Numbered from the whole stretch's first letter, positions 1 to 13,691 are shown. The stretch: DNA of 61,479 bases, filler included, from Dugesia japonica (GCA_001938525.1; 6 parts of 6 records of this genome joined end to end with filler, not necessarily neighbours in it), one strand, 5' to 3'. The notes: a model not told the origin generated them from the letters alone. Numbers and translations: made by a program.

Positions 1-116
1 TGTGCCACCGCCTATTTACATTAGAAAAATACAACCTCAGTTATGTAATAATCCGATTACGTCGGGGTGGGGGGTACTGAATGTGTGCAGAGGCTGTGCG
101 CTACTATCTATCTACT
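1..116 (-). mobile_element. Polinton/Maverick-like terminal sequence (element end)
   Basis: Reverse complement begins AGTAGATAGATAGTAGCGCAC and ends TGTAAATAGGCGGTGGCACA; closely matches 30966-31060; it abuts a Gypsy RNase H relic at 117. Confidence 0.6.
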
Positions 117-860
117 AGAGAGGTTATTGTGTAACCAGAAAAGAACGTTTAGTTATTTCATGAATTTGTTATGCATTTTAAGCATTATTTACTTTAGAAA
201 ATTTTGAAATACGGACCATAAAGCATTGAATTATGAAAAAGACAAATAAACCAAACCAATTAGTTAACAGTTTTATACTTGATTTACTAATCTTTCTGGA
301 TTTAATTTTGACTAAGAATACCGGAAAGGAATGGGTCACAGTAATAATTGAAACGTTGTGTACTCAATGTTTAACTAAACACCATGATGTTAAAGGAATA
401 AATCTAAAGTTCGATTTATAAGCAGCTTAAGTGAAATGTCTTTCGAAATTATGTGACGAATTGTTAAAAAATATATATAATACTAAGATCAATATCACGA
501 TGGTTACTAAGCTTGATATTAATGTAACTACTGACTTGAAGAAAAGGAAATATTTTAAGTTTTTTTTTGAATATTATAATAAAAGATGATAAAGAGAAGA
601 AACCAATCGTTATACCTGAAAATAACTCACCAAAATTAGTTAAATAATACACGAAGAATTATGTCGTTTGGGAAGCAAGAAATAAGTCGGATATATTTAA
701 GAGATATACTTTTGGCATGATGAGTAGAAAAATTGTAAAAGAAATTTAAAAATGTGAAATATGTGTATAAATGAAAGGCTTACACTGGTCAAACTAAAGA
801 ACTATTGTTAGCTAAAGAGAAATTAAGGCAATTAGAACAAATTGTAATAGATGTGGCATG
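117..860 (+). pseudogene. Gypsy LTR-retrotransposon pol relic (RNase H and integrase zinc-binding region)
   Basis: Broken translation gives ERGYCVTRKE, KHYLL, TDHKAL, then THEELCRLG...YFW...KCEIC; many stops and frameshifts. Confidence 0.75.
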
Positions 861-1436
861 ATTGATTTATCGGAGCTTTTATTTTATTGAATACTGAAAA
901 ACAATCAATGGTTACGTACAATAATTATTCTGCAATAATTGTAATTTAAAAATAAAGCTTAAAAAACCACATTATTTTCTTACCACCGTAATAATAAAAA
1001 TGTTTCAATAATTGTATTACCGGCTTTTCACGAATAAAGTTTCCAAGATCTAAAAATAATTATAAACACCAAATAGATCTTAATAAACTACCTTCTATTC
1101 TATGATTCTCAGGCACTACATCGTCAGACTTCTCACTGTGCAGAAATCAGTTATAAAATATCACATCATAAAATTTAAATATTAAATGACACAAATTTCT
1201 AATTCAGTAATATTAAAGCTTATTTAAACTTTCATAAAACATTTATATTAAATTCAAATAAATAAATAGTTTTCTAAATGAAAAAAACGGGCTATTTTGA
1301 AGTAAGATTTTTAATATAACGGATCATAAACTTGTTACTAGGATTGTGATATGATATGAAGTGTAACAAATTATTCAGCATGAGTTCCTTTTTTAGTATA
1401 TATTATTAAACTTTAGAATATAAAATACAAATTATC

Positions 1437-1729
1437 ATCTGTATTTTCCATATTAACGAAATAAGCAACTAATCTACTTGAAAAATCCACCAAGAAATTT
1501 AAATCTAAAGAGACAGTTTTAATTTGTCTATAAAAAACCATTTTCGATTTAAGACTAAATAAAATGTGCGTCATATATATTATATATATATATAACGCAC
1601 ATTTTATTTTTATATAAATCGAATATAGTTTTGAATAGACAAATTAAAACTGTCTCTTAAGATTTGAATTTCTTGGTGGATTTTTCAAGTAGATTAGTTG
1701 CTTATTTCGTTAATATAGAAAATACAGAT
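1437..1729. repeat. Foldback/MITE-like long palindrome centred on a (TA)n loop
   Basis: Left arm ATCTGTATTTTCCATATTAACGAAATAAGCAACTAATCTACTTGAAAAATCCACCAAGAAATT is mirrored at the right end; part of the right arm is duplicated at ~1743-1811. Confidence 0.85.
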
Positions 1730-2149
1730 CAAGACAAGTGGATTCTTGGTTGAATTTTCAAGTAGATTAGTTGCTTTTTTCGTTAATATGGAAAATACAG
1801 ATCAAGACAAGTCCGAAATGTCATTTGATCTATTATGTAATCAATTTTATGACATTTGACATTAACCAATATGATAAAACATGACTCATAATTAGTTAAC
1901 AATAATTACAAGACTACTATTGAAAAATGCAATGAAAGGTGCCATCCAAACTGCGTTAAATTGGATATTAATTATTTTAAGTGTTTTAATTATTAAGTAT
2001 TTTTCGAAACTAGTTCTTAAGATAGGAAGTTTTTCATTTAAATAAAAAAACGATTGATGGCATTATAGTCAATATTTTTAATTTAATATATTTTTTGTGG
2101 CTTATATTTTTTCAAATAGCTCGGAAAGATAGAAATCAAGAGCTGTCAA

Positions 2150-2700
2150 ATTAATTAACCTGAGGAAATAGAAAATCTGAACTTTGTCAACTTCATCGAT
2201 TTTTAAACTTTGTTTGAAATAGCTACACTGATTCTTTGCAGGTGTTACTAACTGTATTATATTGGTGGAACCAGGCCTCTTTGAGTAAATATCCAAAATT
2301 TACATAAAAGATTCCCGAATTTTGTGGATGTAAATGACTTTATAACTAACTTAAGGATTGACAGTACTTCAAAAACGGGAATTTCGCTTAGTAACGTAGC
2401 TATCAATGTAGAAATTAGTTTTTTAAGTCATCTGCAAATTTTGTAAAAGCCAATTGAATCGTTCTTGATTAGTCGGTTATATTGCAAGTGTAATACATGG
2501 TATACGGGGAAAGATCTTTAAAGAATATATTTTTAAATACAGATAGAACATTCTGTGCAATGAGGTACCACTGATAATCAGCTGAGTGTAAATCATTTTG
2601 ACGTAGTCTAATTATCAAATAGACTGCATACGGGCTGAATATTGTAATTGCTTCTTGAAAATGTTGGTTTACAAGATCTGCAAGCATCTTTCACAGATCC
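2150..2700 (-). pseudogene. Possible hAT transposase C-terminal relic
   Basis: SLKIDEVDKVQIFYFLR resembles the end of the hAT dimerisation domain; otherwise highly degenerate. Confidence 0.25.
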
Positions 2701-3539
2701 AGACTGCACAAAATTTGAAAAAAATTACTCAGATGGAGTAATTTCTTGACATAATAAAATTTGCTACATTTTAAATTTACTAAAATTTAACCGGTTATAT
2801 TTTTAATACCGGTATTGAAACTTAAAAAATTAAAACATGATTAATATTTCAAATAATTAGTAAAAATGTACAGTGATTCAATTAACCTTTATATTTTATA
2901 AAAAAAATTACAGATTTGATTTTTTACGCTTTTTTCTTCTTTGTAAAATATGCCCGTAAGAAACCAATATCATTCAGAGTTTCATCCACAAGAGATGATC
3001 GTAATTTAGTGACAATGTTACCACTTGCAGAAAAACCACGCTCCGATTCGAAACTTGTTGGAATTACAGTTTTCAAGTATTCGTAGGAGTTTCGCAAATA
3101 AGTTTTACGAGTTCATCTTTCTTCGAAAACTGCAATTTCCTTGCGGATTGTTTTTGATAAATCTTTCGAAACGTCCAATCTTCCTTTTTTACACTTATCA
3201 CTCAAAATTGCCATGTCACGCTTTTCTTTTAATGACAAGTTTGCAGTGCTGTCAACAGAATCGCTATCAGATGAACAGATAGAACAGATTATAAAGCTCT
3301 AACTTTCATGACTTCGAAGAAATTAATTTCGTCACAATTTCAGACAAGGATTAATTATCTAACTAGTCTAAACATGATATCAGAATTTAGAAAAGGTTAA
3401 GATGCCAAGTAAAGGAAGATTAAAATAAGAGTACAGAACACAAAGGAAAACAAACAATTGAACATTTCTTAACAAAATTATTTAGTCACGAAAACAAAAA
3501 TTCCGGATGACAAAATACATGAAACAACAGAATAATTAC

Positions 3540-4180
3540 ACAAATTATTATGACATACACGAGTTGAAAAGGTCTACGAATATTTGAGAGACAAATACAT
3601 GTGAAGAATTTCTGGAACCAAATAAAGAGGATAGTTCATAGTTGTGAAATTTGTTAGAAGACTAAAGTAGTGACAAAGAAATTAGAATTAACAATTTGTT
3701 TGAAATCGTATCACAGATATATGCCACTAAGCAGGAAACTAATGGATGGAAAAAATACATTCTTGGAATAATACACCAGTTCAGGACGATTCGGGATTTA
3801 ATCGATACAACACCTCAGAAGAGAAAAACACAAGATTCGGCAGATATTTTACAAACAATAGAATTTACAATGAACGAAACAAATTAGAAATTACTGAAAA
3901 CAACCAAACCAAAATCATATTTGGAAAGAACATTAGCAGACAAAAGTTATAAAAGCCAGATGTTTAAGAGAGCACTTAAGAAACCATTTCATAATTTACT
4001 ACTAAAAGATAGTGCAAATTAGGAGATTATGACCCCAACAATGAAGATAGCCAAGAAAATTTGAAGGTTCTTATCGAATAATTGAGAAAATTCTCTACAG
4101 ACTGTATGCTTTGCAAGGAGAAAATGGAAAGCAATTAAAGAGGAATGTGGAATACTTTGAATTTTTATAAAGGGGGTTAT
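3540..4180 (+). pseudogene. Gypsy integrase relic
   Basis: CEIC*KTKVVT and GIIHQFRTIRDLID...DILQTIEFTMN; purine tract AAAGGGGG near 4170. Confidence 0.7.
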
Positions 4181-6039
4181 AAAGCAATAACTTCACCTAA
4201 TATGGATTAAAATAAATTATTTTTTTTAATTAGTTTCTATTTTAAATTTTTATATCGGATAAATATAGTTTTGTATTCAAAGTACAAATATGTGTGAAAT
4301 TAAGCGTTGTGATTTGCCAAATCAATTATCTTGAGAAGATACACCTAACAAGTACACTATTTTCTATCTCCCATTAGCCCATGTAGAAATAATACTTATT
4401 TTACGGTTATACTATTTGCGTAGTCTGTCATTAGCATGTTAAAAGAATTTCAATAATACCCATTTTATAAAATATAAAAATTTCACTTCATTTTAAGCTT
4501 TAATTAAAAATCTTAAATTTTGTTCATTAAATTTTTTTATATACAAAATTTAAGAATTTAGATTCAATAAATATAAACAAACGAAAAAAATTACTTTATA
4601 ATCAGTTTTTGAGCAACGTTTGAAATATGCCTATATTAAATTTAGTAAAAGTAAACAACAATTAAATAACTTAATAAACATTTAAAAAGAATTATAAAAA
4701 TACCTTGAAGTAGCACTAATATAATCCTGAAATTATTTAATTAATACTTGATAAATTAATTAATAAAAATAATTATTAAATAGTTGCTTATAACTGATAT
4801 CAAATCTATTTAACAAATCATCGACAAGGTAAATATAATGCCGCTGTTTGGAGGAAGGGATAAAGTTGTTTTTTTAGAAAGAATATTTGCGTTTTCTATT
4901 TTAAAGTGGGTGGATAAAATAATGTTAAGCGATGAAAAAGGAATAGAAATTGAAAGAAATAATTTCAAATGCAAATGAATTAAATATTTTTATGATAAAT
5001 AATAAGAAAATGAATTTATTTCGAAAATATTTAAATGGAAAAGCAGTCATCCCACAGAACGTAATGATCCTATACTTATATCATTCGACGATATTATACA
5101 ATATCTTCTCAGTACCGGCGCGAGGTTATTTGGGGACCTAAGAAACGTAAATTTCATCGTCCCCATTTTAACAGATTGTCAAATTTTTCGAAATAATATA
5201 AAATCAATTCGGAATTATTAGAAATATAATTGATACTTATTAATAAAAAAATTTTAGTCTCTTCCAGAAATTTAAATTAGATAAATTATTATAAAACACT
5301 CACACACACAGATTATAGAAAAACAATAAGATAATTATTAACAATTTTTACAAACTGAAAAAGTTGAAAATTATTTTTTGATAAAGGTTCTAAATCTTTT
5401 GTCTGATAGAATCAAATGTGGTATTTATATACACAGGGGAATCAAAGCCGCACATTTTTGTGGGCGGAGTTCATTGAACGATTTTAAGAAAAAATGATAT
5501 TAAAAACTCAAAATCACTGTGCAGGCCATTATTTTTGCTTGTTTGATTAAATTATAGTATATCTGAGATGAGACGTACAAGCGACCTATACATGGCCTCA
5601 AAGACTATTACCACAAATTCACCGTTCCAGAGATAAAGTATCACCCCATTTATAAAAAATTCAATATCTTCGAAAATACTTATGATAATTAAACAAACTT
5701 TAAAAACTTTACTTTTTTAACTTGATAAAAAATAATTACATAATTATTTAAATATAAAAAACAGGATTTCTTGAAATATTTTTTAACCATTGAATATAGA
5801 ATTAAAGTTGCAATATATTATCGAATAATGCTTCCTTTATTTCGAAAATATTTCTAAAAAGAGAGCCATTGTCTCCATTCACCGGAAAATCGTCAGAATA
5901 AGTTAAACGAAATATTTATTAATGCAGAATGAGACGGTGAACATCACTGTGATATTTATTTCCTCATTAGATACTTTGCGATATTTTAGGATAAAATTAA
6001 TTAACTAATCGCAATTATAATGAAGGGTCGGGACTGGCT

Positions 6040-7120
6040 ATGACAAATAAGAATCCTTCTATTTCATTTAAGCAGAAATTGTCAAGAAAGAAAACAAAGT
6101 GCTATGCGTGTGGATCTGAACAACACTTAAGAAGCGATTGTATCAAAGTTAGTAGTCCAAGATGCAACAAGACAGGCCACCACACAGAGGACTGTTACAC
6201 AAATATGAACACACAGTTTAGTTATCAAAACAACAGTGAACACGCCAGAAAAGAATTCGGAAATGACAAACAAAGATATTATTCGAAAATATGGATCTCG
6301 TCAGAAAAGAAATTTTAGATGGTAAACAAATGCATAATTTATTGGTGTATGCAGGCACGGATAAAGTGATATATTATTTGAAAATGTATATATGAAATAT
6401 TTGAGAGAAACTGTGCCAAGAGTAATTGAAGAAAGTACAGCGTAACAAAGTGCAAAATAACAACAGTAAGGATCAAAGGAGGAAACTATAAAATTAAAGG
6501 ATAATGAACCGTTAAACAAGATGAGGAATCAATAAATTAAACGATACTGAAAAAATGGATACTGATATTTCGTGTTTAAAAGAGATTCATGTAGATTGTG
6601 AGAAGATCTTCGAATCGAAAGCCTTTAAAGATGAAAGATTCAATGAATACAAAATTGCTTTTCTATTCCATATCATCATAATACAAACGGAATTGTAGAA
6701 CATCAATTCAGGGCCATCAGAGATTACATCAATGCAGCATTAAAAATAGAAAGAAAAATTGGACAGAGTTATTGCCAGAAATCGAAAATAACACTAAATT
6801 TAACAAGCCAGAAGACTTTGGGGATAAGTCCAGTAGATGTGATATTTGGTAAGAAGATACTTAGGTAAAGATGGTTAAAAAATGGAGAAAGAAATGTTGA
6901 ATCTCAGAAGTTGACAAGAGCAAACAAACATTTTCAAGTTGGAGACCAGGTGCAAATCAAAATAGAAAAAAGATTAAAATACAAAGAAAGATAAAGACGT
7001 TCATATGAGGTGATAAAACTGATTCATGAAAAACTATACCTGCTGAAGAGTTCAGAAAGCAAGATGTTCTTAAGAAATGTGGAAAAGAATAAAAACAAAT
7101 TTAAAGAGAATGGATGCAAG
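6040..7120 (+). pseudogene. Internally deleted Gypsy element (Gag zinc knuckles plus integrase core and C-terminus)
   Basis: CYACGSEQHLRSDC...CNKTGHHTEDC; PYHHNTNGIVEHQFRAIRDYINA; GISPVDVIFGK; FQVGDQV. Confidence 0.8.
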
Positions 7121-8462
7121 ATTGATTAATAGATTTTAAATATCTGAGAGATTTTTGTAGTTTTCATATTAATATGTTAAATTTTATTTTTTAAAACATT
7201 CAAATATTAAAAGTAAAAAAGTAAACAAAGTTTTAATACTTAAACATTTTTTAAATGTAAATTATTTAAAAAATTTCTATATATTATATTAGGCAAAATT
7301 ATAAAAGTATAATTATTTTGTGAAATAATGTTTGAAAGCAATTAAATATATATGTAAAATAAAATATTTCATAAAATTAAAATCGATATTGTTTTAAAAT
7401 AATTTATTAAAATTTATCAGATTATTTTTTGAATGCTATGAATTGATCTTCATCTTTTTTTCACTTTAATCAAATATGTGTAATAAATAAAAACTTTTGG
7501 AGAGTTGTGACGTTTTGAATTTAACTAAAAATCATGAACAATTATTTTTATAAATTGTTTTAATTGTAATAACAGTTTGTTTTGAATTCAGCAGGTATAG
7601 TTTTTCATGAATCAGTTTTATCACCTCATATGAACGTCTTTATCTTTCTTTGTATTTTAATCTTTTTTATATTTTGATTACATTACCTCCTTCGAAATTT
7701 ACACGAAATGTCGACGGAGCGATACCACCAAGATCAGTAAGCATCCAATTGATTCAGTTCATAATTGAACTTATCGATCAGTTTGCATAAAATTAACTAG
7801 GCTAAGCTTGATTAAGGTATGTGCATCTCCAGTAGCAGAGCTTCCGACCGCTCACATCTGATCTCAAATATACACTGCTACAACTGTATAACCTTTATAA
7901 GCTTAAAAAAGTTAGTCATCAACGCCGAAATTTGATTAGACACAGATTCGCAAAATGATCAAGAACTCAGTCGGCTGTTATCAATTCAATGCATGATAGT
8001 GAATGAATCTTTACATTAAATATTTACTTATTATCATTAAAGAAAAGTATTACTGAATTCATTAAGTTAAATCAATTTTAAAGCCGTTATAATGTGAAGA
8101 ATGATAATTTTAAAGATTTCTATTAAATTTTTAAAACTTTAATTGACTTCCAGTAAATATTTGAAAATTGACAATTTTGATTTTCATGAGTAGAATAAAT
8201 ATTCTGTATGATGAATTATAATTTTATGCGACGGATTATATTTTGAAAATATGACTTAAACGTTTTCATGAGTAGGCTTAGAAATTTATATGATTGAATG
8301 CAAGGTTTTAATTTAACCATAAGAATTCTATATAACTCTATAAAAAAAAAGATTTCTAACAATAAAGCACTAATAAAACCATAGAAATCCTTAAAATTAT
8401 ATACACGAGAATGATCCAAGTGATAGCCTTTCTATAACTTATTCGTGTAAAACCGAACTACG

Positions 8463-8522
<60 letters not shown>

Positions 8523-8584
8523 TTAATAATAATANNNNNNNNNNNNNNNNNNNNNNNNNNNNNNNNNNNNNNNNNNNNNNNNNN

Positions 8585-8644
<60 letters not shown>

Positions 8645-8654
8645 TTAATAATAA
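8463..8654. repeat. (AAT)n microsatellite containing an N gap
   Basis: Seen directly. Confidence 0.95.
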
Positions 8655-9119
8655 TTGATCATTAATATCAGAACTCGAATTCATAACAAAATTTATTCAA
8701 ACAAAACTATGCTTAACACTATTGGTTTTTTCAAACAAATTAAAATCACGTGTATTCATTGGTGATAATTTTTTAAAATTTTGTAACTAAACTTATTTAT
8801 TTAAAATTAATTTAATTTCATTATTTAAAACATTTTACTTATTTATTTAAAATTTAAGACAAAATTTTCGTTAATATTTAAAAATTTTATTTAATAAAAA
8901 TTTTACTTTATCTTTAAAATTGAAACTTTTATTTATTAAAAATTAATTAAATTTCATTATTTAAAAACATTTTATTTATTTATTTAATTAGCCAAATTTC
9001 CGTTTACTCAAACATTTTAATTTATCATTAAACCATTTATTTGTTATTTAAATTTTACATCAATAATTTAAATCTTTCTTTCACATAAAAATTTCAATTA
9101 GCTTTTCAAACCGCTCGCA

Positions 9120-9130
9120 TCTCCCTTTTT
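9120..9130 (-). promoter_or_regulatory. Polypurine tract
   Basis: AAAAAGGGAGA directly before the TG of the 3' LTR. Confidence 0.75.
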
Positions 9131-9939
9131 AAGAAATTTTTTTATTTTCTCTACATTTCTTTCGAGACTTCATCTTGCTCTTTATGCACTCTGAGTATTT
9201 GTTTCACTTCTCCATTATTGCTTTTAGTATGGTATCTTCATTTGGTCTTGTCATTGCTATCAAGGCTACATACGGCATTAATATATTATACGGAGAACAT
9301 TTTTTTCGGTCTCTAGTCTCCGGCAGTGGTCCACTCATCTTTAAATTACAGTTCAAACATTTCGGCTGACTGCGTCTTTTTCGTTTCTTCCTTTGTTTTT
9401 GTTGTCAACACTTTAGCTTTCTGGATTGTTTTACATCTTTGGACAACATCTTGCACTTTGTTCAACAAATGTTTCACGTTATATTTATGCTGTATTTAAG
9501 CTGCTACCTTTTCTGCTCTAGCATGACACAAAAGATAATGTATCCTTATTATAACTTCTAATATCATCAGGTGTCAATGTTCGTTCTTTCGTCATTTTCT
9601 CCAAAATGGCCTTGTATTTCTTGAATATCTAATGCATTTAACATCATTGTTTTTAATTTTAAGCTATTTATCCGCCATAAAAACATCCTCATTATTCTGA
9701 ATAATTGCAGTCAATTTGTGATCATTTTTTATATCTAGAATTTCCATTGCATGTCTCAACCGTACACCTGTCGGTATCTGCCTTCCACATTTTGCATCGA
9801 TGCTGCAAACAAATCTTACTCGATGATTATTGATATCAACCTTTTACTTTTTCTGAAGATGATACTCAAAAAGTATTCTGAAATTCCACTCCACCAATTA
9901 GATCTGGTATTAATTTCTCTACTATTATAAATGTTACTT

Positions 9940-10170
9940 CCTTGCACACCTCCAAAAATTAGAACTTCGACACGTATCTTTCCAATCGTCTCCAATGACC
10001 TGTTATTCGCGCAATGCAATCATTCTTCACTTTTCCCTAACATTGTTTCTCCGAGTCTATTAAATCCTTTCATGCTCATCACATTTACTCTTGCTAGAGT
10101 ATCCAACAAACAATCAAACTGTTTACCCTTGATTATCACTGAAATGCTGGGTCTCCCTTGCATTTTATCA
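9940..10170 (-). pseudogene. Retroviral-type aspartic protease relic
   Basis: ISVIIKGKQFDCLLDTLARVNVM (degenerate LLDTGA) followed by CANNRSLETIGKIRV. Confidence 0.75.
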
Positions 10171-11052
10171 TACGAAATTTCTGCATTCTGTTTTTCTTNN
10201 NNNNNNNNNNNNNNNNNNNNNNNNNNNNNNNNNNNNNNNNNNNNNNNNTCAATTATTCCTATCACTTCTGCTTTGTTAACTTCCGCATCATCGAAACTTT
10301 CTCTTTTTAAGAATCTGTAGACATGTCCTCTTACTTTACTAGTCTCATCCCATTTCTCGACCTTTTGAGGATATTCAAACGGTATCTCGTTTAATGAATG
10401 GCTCCGACCAACCCCTCTACTGATAGAGTCCTGCTTTTTGAGTATTCTCTTCTTGGATCATCATTTTCTATTATGTTCTCAGAAAATCTCTTTTCATTCT
10501 CGTCATCAAATTCTTCGCGAATGGCATGAATTGGTTTTGTCCGACTCTAATCTTTTGTTTAATATCCACTTTTAACATTGTACATTCTCTCTTCTAGTCT
10601 AGGTTTACTAATGTTGGAATAACATTCTTCTGCTTTGTGGCCTGGTATTTTACATCTACCGCTTACAGTTTCTGTGCATATCCTTCTGACATGACCAATT
10701 TTACCAAACCCAAAACATTTTGGTGGTTTCTTGTCTGGAAAATTTCTATTTAAATGTCAGTTTTTGTGACAAGTCCAACATTCCACATGAGAATTTTTTA
10801 GACACTCTCTTTGTATGACCATAACTCTGGGATGTCCAACACTGTGGTTCTGCTCTTTTTGTAATTCTCTTAATGATTTGTCTCCTTACTTCGACACGTT
10901 CTCCAAAACGTTCTTCACGTGTTACACCAGCGTAACTCTTAACTACGTTAATAGGTTATCTTCTTTCTATTTTTTCAACCAAAAATAACATCTCTATTAT
11001 GTCTTTTACTTTCTCCAATTTTCGCATGATAATCTCTTTTTCTGCTTTTTTA

Positions 11053-11436
11053 CTATTCTTTCGTCAACTCTCCATTTGCTAAAAATTTATCGACCAAATC
11101 TTCCACATTTTTAAAAAACACCTCAAGTTCTTCATCCCCACGTTGATAGCTAACAAGATTCTGTAAATCTTTTATTAAGTCCCTCTTGCTTTCAAATGCT
11201 AACTGCAATCTCTCTCGATTTCCATCAGCTTTCTTCAATGTCTTTACATATGCTTCCATTAAATCTTCATGAAGCATACATGTTACCCAACGTCCCTGAT
11301 CTTTCTTAACAACCATGTTCTTTGCCTCAAAGTATATATCACACCGTTTGATAAACTTTTCTAAATCATCGCCTCTACAAAATACTTTTGGCGACAACCT
11401 TTCTGTGATTGCATCGGTGTTTCCCGCTGCCACCAT
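11053..11436 (-). pseudogene. gag: Gypsy Gag N-terminal region
   Basis: MVAAG...SPKVFCRGDDLEKFIKRCDIYF; lies directly after the PBS; downstream part is disrupted. Confidence 0.7.
11424..11435 (-). promoter_or_regulatory. Primer-binding site (tRNA-Leu type)
   Basis: TGGTGGCAGCGG immediately follows the LTR-terminal CA; complementary to the typical eukaryotic tRNA-Leu 3' end CCGCUGCCACCA. Confidence 0.75.
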
Positions 11437-12084
11437 GTTAGTTGTGTTTGGAACACTCGTCGTATTATAAATATCAAAATCCGAATTCATACGAAATACT
11501 TTATTAAAATCAAAACTATAACCAACATTATTCGTTAAACAAACAAAATAAAATTCCGTGTTTTAANNNNNNNNNNNNNNNNNNNNNNNNNNNNNNNNNN
11601 NNNNNNNNNNNNNNNNTCAAAACTATAACCAACATTATTCGTTAAACAAACAAAATAAAATTCCGTGTTTTAATTGGTGATCTTTTTTCTCAAATTAAAA
11701 ATTGAAAGTTTTATTTATTTAAGATTAATTTTTAAAAATTTGAGACAAGATTTTAACTATTAAAATTTTATTTATTAAAATTAATTTGATCCATTTCAAA
11801 ATATTTTATTTATTTTATTAAATGTCCTTTAAAAATTTACGATAAAATTTTAACTACTTTAAAATTTAATTTATTAAAATTAATTGGATCTATTTAAAAA
11901 TATTTGATTTATTTTCTTTATTTTCCTTTAAAATTTTATAACAAAATTTTATCTACTTTAAAATTTTATTTATTAAAAAGTTAAACTTATATTCAATAAT
12001 TGTAATTTATCCTTGAACCAAATATTTTAAAAATAAGATCACCAATCAAACAAAAATTTCAACTTGCTTTTCAACACTGCTCAC

Positions 12085-12123
<39 letters not shown>

Positions 12124-12246
12124 NNNNNNNNNNNNNNNNNNNNNNNNNNNNNNNNNNNNNNNNNNNNNNNNNNTAATAATAATAATAATAATAATAATAA
12201 CAATAATAATAATAATAATAACAATAATAATAATAATAATAATAAT
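12085..12246. repeat. (AAT)n microsatellite containing an N gap
   Basis: Seen directly; abuts the 5' LTR. Confidence 0.95.
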
Positions 12247-13300
12247 TTTGTTTTTATATAATAATGCTCAGTGATCTGAAAAACAATGCACAAAACTCGA
12301 AAATCCTCATAGTTACACTCCTGAAGTGTTAAAATTTACAAAACAATAATAAATAATAAGGTGTGAAAATTCACACCTATTGTAGTTTAAATGATCAGAT
12401 TTGAAAAGCGATCATATCATTTACTGTCGGGCAACCTCGTGTCTGCCTAATAATTATATATCATCAATAACACAATAATCTTACTTTGGTTGTTGAATAC
12501 CAATCTATAAGTAAATATTTTTCGTTTAAAAAAATAAGTAATCAATTACTAGTTGATGTTTTGCCCAAATGAGATTCGCTTGTTTCAATACTTGAAAATT
12601 ATAAAAACATTTAAAATAAGGAATATTTTTTGTCAATATGTTAAGTTGACTAATGTTATCACAGAACATTGTTTAAATAAAATAAATATTCTTCAATGTT
12701 ATCACAAAATTTAATATATGCTGATACTTTGAACATCATTTTTTTTAATATTAAATTATTTAATTGACTGAGTAATGTATTATTTAACAGTATTTGAATA
12801 CTTTTTTTGTTTGTAAAAATAAAATATTACTTTGTGTTAGAATTTTTAGGATCTTTTATTATGATTTAAACATACTGTAATAGTATCACATTGAAATGAA
12901 TGTTATGTAATCAGGTTATCTGAAATTTGATATTTTAATCCTATTGTGCTATGAGATTATTTGAAATTCGATATGTAATCCTTCAATTAATTTTATGTAA
13001 TTATTCTTAAAAAATTTTCAATGATCATTATTAATTCGAGTAAAAATCGTCAATATTTATCATTAATGAAATAAATCGAAAAATAAGTACTTATTATGTG
13101 TTGCTCTCTTGGATAATTGAAATCTCCACTTATGAACATTATAACAAAGTTTTGAAAAACTAAAGAAAATATATCTGAAATTTGAACATCAAAGTAACTA
13201 TTAGATAGAGAATTTGTTGCAGTGTAAGAAAACATGTTATAAAATCACCAAATTTTATCCTTGTTGAAATAAAATTAAAAATACAAAGTGTAAAAGAAAT

Positions 13301-13366
13301 GGCTAATCAATAAATTCGAACCTATTACTGATTAGTTGGAAAAAAGGATAATACCACTGAACCATC
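13301..13366 (-). ncRNA. tRNA-derived Pol III promoter-like segment (SINE-head-like)
   Basis: Minus strand: A-box TGGTTCAGTGG then B-box GGTTCGAAT; homologous copy at 32856-32922. Confidence 0.5.
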
Positions 13367-13399
13367 TGTTCTTTAAAAATTTTCAATGATCATTATTGG

Positions 13400-13684
13400 C
13401 ATTTTATATTTTAAATGTATTTTTTTAATTTTCATTCCTAGAGTTAAATACAAATCTAGTGTAGAACCCAAAACTATATACTTTTGTTTATCAAATTGAT
13501 TTAAAGTTAATTTAATATTTTTCTTACTTAATTTCTTATTAAATGATAATTGATAAGGTGCCAACATTTCTTTAGTTATATTAATTGGATGTGGTGCCAA
13601 ATATAATGGAATAAATAAATTCTTTATAGATTTATCTTCTAAATTACATTTTGAGTGAGAATATCCTCTGAATTTTCCATTCAA
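13400..13684 (-). pseudogene. Internally deleted protein-primed DNA polymerase B (Polinton type) fragment
   Basis: GKFRGYSHSKCNL (endonuclease-VII-like motif of Polinton PolB) fused to KLTLNQFDKQKYIV...LDLYLTLGMKIKKIH. Confidence 0.7.
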
Positions 13685-13691
13685 TTACTGG

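Larger units (their letters stand above)
8656..12085 (-). mobile_element. Gypsy-type LTR retrotransposon with RT/RNase H deleted; 5' LTR ~11436-12085, 3' LTR ~8656-9119
   Basis: On the minus strand the LTRs start TGTGAGCAGTGTTGAAAAGC and TGCGAGCGGTTTGAAAAGC; PBS and PPT are present; gag, four CCHC-type knuckles (~10610-10845), protease and integrase remnants lie between. Confidence 0.8.

Noticed and set aside
11546-11680. Direct duplication on either side of a 50-N gap inside the 5' LTR
   Set aside because: Typical overlap artefact of gap scaffolding
12064-12293. Poly-N/poly-L ORFs (also those around 37595-38060 and 51105-51425)
   Set aside because: Translations of AAT/TAT microsatellites and N gaps
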